Source: Alphaproteobacteria bacterium
GTDB lineage: Bacteria > Pseudomonadota > Alphaproteobacteria > UBA828
Assembly (NCBI GenBank): GCA_965243315.1
Contig: CBDEUP010000007.1
Location: forward strand, 1,833,668-1,897,667
DNA length: 64,000 nt
Direction of reading: 5' to 3'
The position numbers and the translations under genes were made by a program. Shown here piece by piece: positions 37,741 to 47,200 of the stretch (positions are counted from its first letter, which is position 1; each line of letters starts with the position of its first letter). The notes below the pieces were generated by a model, which saw only the letters and a program-made list of their open reading frames with translations, ran no database searches and had not been told where the DNA came from.

Positions 37741-38031
37741 GCGAAGCACGACGCGTTCCCGGTCCCGTTCCGGCCAACCCTTAAGGGTTCGAGGGAACGG
37801 GAACGGGAACGGCGGCGCCTATCCCCCATCGCAACCCTGCGTCAAGCAGTCGGCCCATGGCCGAAAGCTTGCCTTACGGCCATGGCAGCACTTCGTCGCG
37901 TGGACGGCAGCGGGTCACCCGAAGGGCCGTAGCGAAGCGAAGGAGCCGCGCAGCGGCTTGACGCGCTGACGGCCTCGCGACACCCCACCGGCGCGAGCTT
38001 CAGAGTCCATCAAATAGCGTGATCGGAGCGT

Positions 38032-38056
38032 CCTCAAATAGCGTGCGCACGCTCAG
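38032..38056. repeat. transposon right terminal inverted repeat
   Basis: CCTCAAATAGCGTGCGCACGCTCAG. Confidence 0.65.
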
Positions 38057-38121
38057 GCGCGAACATCGCGGGCCGTGGGGCCGGGCCTGACAGGCGCGGC
38101 GAAATAATCCGTGCAAGGGGG

Positions 38122-38153
38122 TTGACAAACCCCGAAGCGGCTCTCGTTACAAT
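38122..38153 (+). promoter_or_regulatory. sigma70-like promoter (TTGACA - 20 nt - TACAAT) immediately upstream of the pentanucleotide tract and the giant gene
   Basis: Consensus -35 hexamer at 38122-38127 and TACAAT at 38148-38153; spacer is longer than optimal. Lies 65 nt beyond the transposon right IR. Confidence 0.35.
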
Positions 38154-38156
38154 CTT

Positions 38157-38260
38157 GCCGAGCCGAGCCGAGCCGAGCCGAGCCGAGCCGAGCCGAGCCG
38201 AGCCGAGCCGAGCCGAGCCGAGCCGAGCCGAGCCGAGCCGAGCCGAGCCGAGCCGAGCCG
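38157..38260. repeat. perfect pentanucleotide simple-sequence repeat (AGCCG)x~21
   Basis: 104 nt of uninterrupted GCCGAGCCGAG...; produces the artefactual PSRAE/LGSAR peptide repeats in the ORF track on both strands. Confidence 0.95.
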
Positions 38261-38286
38261 CTTCGCCTTGCGTCCGCGCACCGGCC

Positions 38287-41200
38287 ATGAGCGCGCCGTC
38301 GGGGCGGCGGCTGTTGCCCTGGCGTCCCCTACGCCGCGGGGCGTCCCCGCCTGAGTCTTCCGCCGCCGGGCACGCCGCGTCCCGCCCGGCCCGCACCTCC
38401 TCCGAACGCTCCGCCTCTTCCTCCTCCCCCGCCCGGCGTGGCCCGCGCCGTGTGTGGCGCGGCCTGCTTGCGGCGCTGCTCGCCCTGCCGCTCGCCGCCG
38501 GCCTTGCCGCCGGGGCGCAGGCGCAGTCGACGGTGAGCTTCGCGCAGTCGAGCTACGTTGTAGACGAGGGCGAGGACGCAACGCTGACGCTGCAGCTCTC
38601 GCCCGCCCGCACGGTGGCGACGGAGGTCCGGGTGACGTTTGTGGACCTGACCACATCGCCCAAAGACTACGACGAAAGTGCGCAGACGGTGACCATCCCG
38701 GCGAACGCGACGAGCGCGACGGTGACGGTCGGGACCGAGGACGACCAGTTCATAGAAATCAAAGAGTCAGCCCGGGCCCATATCGATTCGGGCTCCCTGC
38801 CCTCCGGGGTGACGGTGGGCACGCAGGGGACTACAGACATCGTCATCACCGACAACGCGGTGCCCGCCCTGGTGTTCACGCCGAAGGCGCTGACGGTGGC
38901 CGAGGGCGGCTCGGCGAGCTACGAGGTGGCGCTGTCGCACCGGCCCCATCACGCAAGCGCCTCAATCACGGTGGCCATCTCCGGGCAGGCGGACACGGAC
39001 CTGACGCTGGACAAGACGAGCCTGACCTTCGGGCACTCGAACTGGAACCAGGCGCAGACCGTGACGGTGAGCGCGGCCGCGGACACCGACCGGACCGACG
39101 ATGCCGCGACGCTCGACCACGCCGCGTCGAGCGGAGTCTCCAAATTCAACGGAGTCACCGGCAGCCTCGCGGTAACGGTGCAGGAGAACCTGCCGGTCAT
39201 CGGCGTCTCCGCGGCGACGAGCGATTTCACCGAGGGCGACGCCTCGAAGGTGGCCTTCTCCGTCACCGCCTCGGGCGGGGAGACCGGCGACTACCCGGTG
39301 TCGGTGACGTTTGGGACGAGCGGCGCGGCGACCCAGGGTACCGACTACACCCTCCCGGCCTCGGTGACCTTGTCGGCCGACGGCGCCTCGGTGGCGGTCC
39401 CGATACTCGTCGCCGACGACGACACCGTGGAGGGCGAGGAGACCGCGGCCATCACGATACCGGCGGGCTCGGGCTACCGCCCGGACAAGGATGCCGCCAC
39501 CCACACCATGACCATCGCGGACAACGACCACTCGATTAGCTATCGGGTCCGGGGCACGCCTGTGGAGGGCAGCACGAGTACCGTGATTGGCCGGGGCAAT
39601 GGAATCATCAATTTCCAGCAACCCACCCCGCAGTTGGCGTCGGGCGAGACGATGACGATACCGCTGTCGTTCGCAGACGGCACCCTGGGCACGGACTTCA
39701 CGCTGGCGGTGGGGGATCACGACTTTGCCTCGGCGTCGGTGGACGCCACGACGGGGGTGGTGAGTGTCACGGGTCCGACGAGCAGTGCCGCCACCTTCGT
39801 TGTGCTGCTCCTTGCCAGCGAGGACACGGACACGACCGACGACACGGTGACGGTGAGCGTGGGCAGCGGCGCGACGGCGGGCGGCGGCGCCCTGGTCGCC
39901 ACCCGCCGGGGCAATGGACAGTTGACGATGCTGGACAACGACGTGTCCCAGAGCCTGACCGTGGAGTTCACCCAGTCCGGGTTCAGCGTGAACGAGGACC
40001 GGACGGTGCAGCCGGTGGCGCGCCTGTCCGAGACGGCGCGCACCGACATCGACATCCCGGTGACGGTGACCTCCGGCACGGCGACGCGCGGGGTGGACTT
40101 CGAGAGCGCCGCCGCGCGCACGCTGACCGTGTTCGCGGGCGGAACGACCGGCACCGTCTCCATCCCCATGATTGACGACGACCTGACGGAGGGCGACGAG
40201 ACCTTCACGATTGCCATCGACACCGCCTCGCTGCCGACCGGGGTGACGGCGAAGCCGGGGGGCCACCTCCAGGCGACGGTGACCATCCTCGACAACGACG
40301 AGACGCCGACGCTGTCCATCGCCGCCCCTGCGGACGCCGACGAGGGCGATGGGCTCGCGTCCACGCGGCTGTTCACCGTGGGGCTCACCCGGGCGGTGGC
40401 GGGCGCGGTGCGCTACGAGGTGTGCTTCTCGGGCACGGCGAAGTCCGCCGCTGACGCGCACCGCTCGCAGGAGCTGGTCGACTACCGGGTGCAGCGCGAC
40501 GGCGCGGGGGTGGCGGCCGAGTGCCTCGAGGACCTCACGCTCGCTGCGGGCGCGACCGCCTCGGGGCAGGCCGTCGGCATCAAGGTCCTGGGCGACACCT
40601 TCGCCGAGCCCGACGAGACGGTGGTGGCGACGCTCGAGATGAAGGCCGCGCCCGACGGCGTGCTGCTCGGCACCTCGGTCGCGACCCACGTCATCGGCAA
40701 CGACGACGGGACGGAGGCGACGCTCACGCTTGCGCCCGCGCCGGGCGCGGTGACGGCGCTCGTCGAGGGCGACGCGCCGGCGCACTTCGTCATCGACGGC
40801 ACGGGTGCCACGCCGGGCGCGGAGTACTACGTCCAGCTCGCGCTCGGCGGCGAGGCGAAGAACGGGACGGACTACCGGCTCGAGATACGCATCGACGGGC
40901 AGTGGCACCAGTTGAGCCGCAATCTGCGGCGCAGCATCTTCTCCGTGTTCGAGCTGCCGACGCGGCTTCGCCTCTTCGCGCTTGCCGACACGGCGCCCGA
41001 GGGCGACGAGCGCGCGGTGCTCACCCTTGCCGACGCGCAGGGCTACGCGCCCGGCACGCCGTCGGAGGTGACCTTCGTCATCGGCAACGGGCCGCCGGCG
41101 GTGACCGTCGAGGCGGTCGAGGCGGCGGTGACCGAGGGGGCGCCGGCGCGCTTCACGGTGCGCTTGAGCGAGGCGCAGGTCGCGGACTTCGACGTGGCGG

Positions 41201-44200
41201 TGCGCATCGCCGAGGACGGGGACGGCGACTTCGTGGCCGGGGACGACGAGGGGGTGCAGAGCTTCACCGTCCCCGCGGGCGAGACCGAGGCGGTGCTCGA
41301 GGTCGCGACCGACGACGACACGACGCACGAGCCCGGCACGGCGGTCACGGCGACGGTGGAGCCGGGCGCGGGCTACACGGTGGGCACCCCCGCCTCGGCC
41401 GCGGTCGCGGTGGCCGACGACGGGGACCTCGAGCTGTCGCACGGCATATTCCCGGCAACGGCGGGCGAGGGCAGCACGCTCGGGGCCGCACGGTTCTACC
41501 TGCGCCCGCAACGGGCGCTCGCCGCGGGCGAGACGGTGACGGTCCCGCTCGCGTTCACCGGCGGGACCCTCGGCACGGACTTCACGCTCGCGCTCGATGC
41601 CGCCTCCGCCCAAGCGTTCGGGTCGGCGTCGCTCGCCGCGGGCACGGTGACGCTCACCGGTCCGGCGGATAGGGGCAGATTGCTGAACGTGAACCTCTTC
41701 GCCGCCGAGGACGACGACGCCGACGACGAGGTGGTGACGCTCGGCTTCGGGGCGATGTCGACGAGCGCCGGGGGCGACGTCGGGCTCATGCGGTTCACCA
41801 GCGACCGGATAAAGCTGCTCGACAACGACGTCCCGCAGTCGCTCACCGTCGAGTTCACCCGCGATGCGCTCACCATCTTCGAGGACATCGGTCTCCTCGA
41901 GCCGATACTGCGGCTCTCGGAGGTGGCGCGCCGGGACGTCGCGGTCAAGGTGACGCTCACCGACGGCACGGCGGTGCGCGGGGCGGACTACGAGAGCGCG
42001 GCCACGCGCACCGTGACCTTCCCGGCGGGCAAGGAGGTCTCGGGCCTCCAGGTGAAAATCCTCATAGACAACGAGGTGGAGGGCGACGAGACCTTCATGG
42101 TGGCCATCGACACGGACTCGCTGCCGGCGGGGGTGACCGCGAAGCCGGGCGGCAATGCCGAGGCGACGGTTACCATCCTCAACGACGACACGACGGCGTC
42201 GTTCGCCGCGGCCGCCTCGAGCGCGAGCGAGGGCGCGGGCGCCCACACCGTGACGGTGAACTTCACGCCGCCGGCGGCGTCATTTACCTCCCTCCGCTAC
42301 ACCGTGGGTGGCACGGCGAGGGCGGGCGAGGACTTCACCATCGCGGGCTCGGGCAGCCTCTCGGTGCCCATCGACGCGACGAGCGTCGACATCGAGGTCG
42401 CGGTGGTCGACGACGCCGTGCCCGAGTACGCGGAGACGGTCGTGCTCACCCTGACCGACGGCGGCAGACGCATCGCCCTCGGCGCCACCACCGTCCACAT
42501 CCTCACCATCGCCGACGACGACGCGGGCACGCCGCCGAACCCGGTGCGCCTCTCGGTCTCGGACGCCGGCGCGGTGGCCGAGGGCGGGACGGTCACGGTG
42601 ACCGCGACCCTCGACCACGCCAACGCCACGGGCGGCGCGCTCGCGATACCGCTTGCGGTGCGCGCCGCCGGCACCACCGCGGCGCCCGGCGACTACACGG
42701 TGGCGTCGAGCATCGCCATCGCCGACGGCGCCACCGCCGGCACGACGGACCTCGCCGCGACCGACGACGACGCGGTCGAGGCGCCGGAGACGGTGGTGCT
42801 CGCGCTCGGCGCGGCGCTCCCCGAAGGGGTCGCCGCGGGCACGCCCGGCCACGTGACGGTCACCATCGCCGACGACGACCTGGGGCTCACCTACGGCGTT
42901 CGCGATTGGAGCGCCACGGAGGGCGAGCCGACGAGCCACGCGCGGCTCTTCGTGCGGCCGCAGTGGGCGCTCGGCGCGGGCGAGACGCTGACCGTCCCGC
43001 TCACCTTCACCGGCGGAACCTTGGGCACGGACTTCACGCTCGCCCTCGAGGCGGCCTCCGCGGCAAGGTTCGCCGCGGCGACGCTTGCCGCGGGCACGGT
43101 GACGCTCACCGGCCCGGCGCGGGCGGACGCCGCCGTGTACGTCCGCCTCTTCGCCGCCGAGGACGACGACGCCGGCGACGAGACGGTGACGCTCGGCGTC
43201 GGGACGGTGGCGTCGAGCACCGGCGCCGCGGTCGCCGCGAGCCGGCAGGGCGACGGGCGGATGACGCTGCTCGACAACGACGGCGACCTCGAGCTGCGCT
43301 ATGGCGTTTTGCCTGCCACCGCCGCGGAGGGCAGCACCACCGCCCTCCGGCAGCTCTGGCTGACGCCGCGACGGGCGCTCGCCGCGGGCGAGGCGGTGAC
43401 GGTGCCGCTCGTGTTCGAGGGCGGGACGCTCGGTACGGACTTCACGCTCGCGCCCGGTGTCCACGGGTTCGGCTCGATGGTGCTCGCCGCGGGCACGCTG
43501 ACGCTCACCGGTCCGGCGAATCGGGGCGCCACCGGGTTCGTGAACCTCTTCGCCCTCGAGGACGACGACGCCGACGACGAGGTGGTGACGCTCGGCTTCG
43601 GAGCGGCCTCGTCGAGCACCGGCGCCGCGGTCACGCACACCCGGTTCGGCGACGGGCGCATCACGCTGCTCGACAACGACGCCCCGCAGTCGCTCACCGT
43701 CGAGTTCGCCAGCGATGCGTTCGGCGTCTACGAGCACAACGGTCCCGCCGAGCCGGTGCTGCGGCTCTCGGAGGTGCCGCGCCGCGACGTCGCGGTGCGG
43801 GTGACGGTGACCTCCGGCACGGCGGTGCGCGGGGAGGATTTCCTGAGCGCGGCCACGCGCACCGCGACCTTCCCGGCGGGGGGCGCCACGACCACGAACG
43901 TCCCGATGACCCTCCCCAACGACGCCCTGGTGGAGGGCGACGAGACCTTCACGGTGGCCATCGACACGGCCTCGCTGCCGGCGAACGTGACGGCGAAGCC
44001 GGGCGGCAACGTCCGGGCGACGGTCACCCTCTTCGACGACGACACCGCGACGGTGGGGTTCGCGCGCGGCGCGCTCGCGGTGCGCGAGGGCGATGCGGCG
44101 CGCCCGGTGCTGGTGCTCTCCAAGGCGTTCGCCGCCGATGTCACGGTCGGCGTCGAGGACGCCGCGGGCACCGCCACCGCGCCCGGCGACTACGCGGCCG

Positions 44201-47200
44201 GTCCGTACTCGGTGACCTTCCCCGCGGGCGCCAAACGCGCGGCGTTCGACGTGGCGACGGTCGCGGATTCCACCGCCGAGGGCGCGGAGACGTTCTCGCT
44301 GCGGATACCGGCCGCGGGCCTCCCGGCGGGGATGGGCCTTGCCGCGGCGGGCGCCGCCACCCCGCCCGAGGCGACCGTCACCGTCTCCGAGAGCGCGCCG
44401 CCGAGCGTGCCCGAGGCGGCGTTCGCCGCGGGCGAATCGGACGCGGGCGAGGCCGCGGGCACCCGCACCGTGACGGTGCACCTCGTACCGCCGCCGACCT
44501 CGCCGCTCGCGCTCGCCTACACCGTGGGCGGCACCGCGACGGCGGGCGCGGACTTCACCATCGCGGGCTCTGGCATCGTCGCGGTGCCCGCGCACGCGAC
44601 CGGCGTCGACATCGAGGTGGCGGTGCTCGACGACACCGCGCAGGAGTCCGACGAGACGCTCGTCCTGACGCTCGCCGCCGGCGCGGGCTACACGGTGGGC
44701 GCCCCGGGCGTGCACACGCTCACCCTTGCCGACGACGACGCGCCGCCGCCCGCGCCCGTGGTCTCGGTCGCGGGCACGCCGGGCGCCGAGGGCGGCGCGC
44801 CGGCGCGCTTCCTCCTCACCGCGCGCCCGCGGCCCGCGGGCAGCGTCGCGGTGACGGTCGCGGTGACGCAGAGCGGCGGCTATGCCGGCCCGGGCGAGAC
44901 CGGCACGCGCACCGTGACGATGGACGCGTCGGGCTCGGCGCTGCTCGACGTCGCGATTGCCGACGACGCCATCGACGAGCCGGACGGCAGCTTCACCGCG
45001 ACGGTGCGCCCCGGCACGGGCTACGCGGTGCACGCAAGCGCTGCCGCCGCCACCGTGGCGGTGGCCGACGACGACCCGACCCGGGTGACGCTTGCGGGCT
45101 CCGCGGACGCAATCCCCGAGACCGGGGGGACGAAGACGCTGACGGTGCGCCTCGCCCGGGCGCTGGTCGCACCGGAGACGCTCGCGGTGCCGCTCGTGTT
45201 CGCAGGCGAGGCGGTGCGGGGCCTCGACTACACGCTGAGCTGCGGCAACGACACCGGCGCGGCCTGCCGCGACCTTGCGGGCGAGGCGCCGCGCATCGAG
45301 TTCAGCGCCGGCGGGCGCACCGCGACGGTGACGCTCGCCGCCGCCGGCGACGCCATCAACGAGGGCGCGGGCGAGACGGTGACGGTGGCGCTCGGTGCGC
45401 TCGACGCGAGCTCGGGCACCGGCCTCGGCGGGGGTGCGGCGGGCGCAGGCAGCGTCGCGTTCACCATTACCGACGACGACGCGGGCCCGGAGCCGGGTAT
45501 TGTGCTGCCCGATACGGACGTGGCCGTGGTCGAGGGCGCGACGGCGAGCTACGAGCTCAAGCTCGCCTCCGACCCCGGCGACGGCGCCACGGTGCGGGTG
45601 AGCGTCACCTCCGCGGACACCGGCGCGGTGACGGTGAGCGACACCCAGTCGGGTGTGAACGGCACGCAGGACTGGCTCGACTTCACCGGCGGCGCCGCCG
45701 GCACCTGGAGCACCGCCCAGACGGTGACCGTCGCCGGCGTGCACGACGCCGACTCCGCCCACGAGGCGGACGTGGCGCTCGCCCACGCCGCGAGCGTGCA
45801 GGCGGGCACGAGCGCGCCCTATGCGGGGCTTGCGAGCCGGACGCTCCACGTCGACGTGACCGAGGACGACGCGGCCGAGGTCGGCTTCAAGCAGGACGCC
45901 CACGCGGTGGACGAGGGCGACGACGCGACGCTCACGCTCACGTTCACGCGCGCGCTAGGGAGCGACGTGACCGTGCGGGTCCTGCTGACCGGTCTCGGGG
46001 CGACCGGCTCGGGCGTCGACTTCGACTCGACCCCGCGCTCGATTGCCGTCCCGGCGGGGACGGTGGAGCAGGCGTTCACCGTCTCGACCGTCGAGGACGA
46101 GAAGTTCGAGGGCTACGAGACCTTCCAGGCGACGATTCTCGCCCTCGGCCTCCCCGACGACCTGGCGCTCGCCGCCGCGCACCGCTCGACCGTCACCATC
46201 GTCGACGACGAGGCCTCGGTCTCGCCCGCGCTCGACGCCGGCATCCACGAGGGCGAGACGCTGACCTACACCGTCTCGGGAATCGACCCCGCGCATGCGA
46301 GCGTGACGCTCCTGGCCGCCACCTCGAGCACCGCGACCCGCGACGTCGACGGGACGTGGGACGCGGGCGAGGACTACCGCCTGCTTCGCCCCGGCGACCC
46401 CGAGGACACGGTGCTCGGCGCGACCGACACCCTCACCCCCTCGGGCGGGGCGGTGACGTTCCGCATCAAGACGCGCGCCGACACCGACGACACCGAGGGC
46501 GACGAGACGGTGGTGTTCGAGATGGAGCTTCCGGGTGTCTTGGGGGAGGCGGCGCTCGGGACGCTGGCGCTGAAGAACGGCCCGCGCCTCGAGGCTGGGG
46601 TCGCGCTCTCCGCGCAAACCCTCGCCCTCGACGAGGGGACGACCGGCACCTACACCGTGGCGCTCACCCTCGCGCCCGCCCCGGGCGAGACGGTGACCGT
46701 CACCGCGGCGAGCCCCGATGCGGGCGCGGTGCGGGTGCACGCCGCCGGCGGCTCCCCGGGGGCGCGCGCGACGCTGACCTTCACCGACGCGACCTGGAGC
46801 GCCGCGCAGACGGTGACGGTGACCGCGCTCTCCGACTTCGATGCGAGCGACGAGCGCGTCGACATCGCGCACGCGGTCGAGGGCACGGGCGCGTACGCGG
46901 ACGTGACCGCGCCGGCGGTGGCGGTCACGGTGGACGACGACGAGGTGCCCGTCGTGGTCTCGGTCGCCGCGGGCGCGGCGGTGGATGAGGGCGGGGCCGC
47001 GACCTTCACGGTGACGGCGACGCCTGCGCCGCCCCGCACGCTTCGCATCGCGCTCGCGCTCGGCGAGACCGGCGCGTTCCTCGCCCCGGGCGCCACGCTG
47101 CCTGCGGTGCACCTCAGCCCCACCCGGGCGTCGCAGAGCGTCTCGCTCGCGACCGAGGACGACACGGTCAACGAGGCGCACGGCGCGGTGACGCTCACCG

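Larger units (their letters stand above)
33626..38056. mobile_element. Tn402/Tn7-like transposon (about 4.4 kb) bounded by 25-26 bp terminal inverted repeats, carrying tniA-like DDE transposase, tniB-like ATPase and an AAA_25 ATPase
   Basis: Left end GCTGAGCGTGCGCACGCTATTTGAGG (33626-33651) is the reverse complement of right end CCTCAAATAGCGTGCGCACGCTCAG (38032-38056); sub-terminal repeats of TCAAATAGCGTG at 38009 and 38035 and CTATTTGA-like copies at the left end. Confidence 0.65.

Noticed and set aside
38034-38396. ORFs encoding LGSARLGSAR... / PSRAEPSRAEP... peptide repeats
   Set aside because: Direct consequence of translating the (AGCCG)n tract; not evidence for a repeat protein. The region was also considered as a CRISPR array and rejected (5 nt unit, no spacers).
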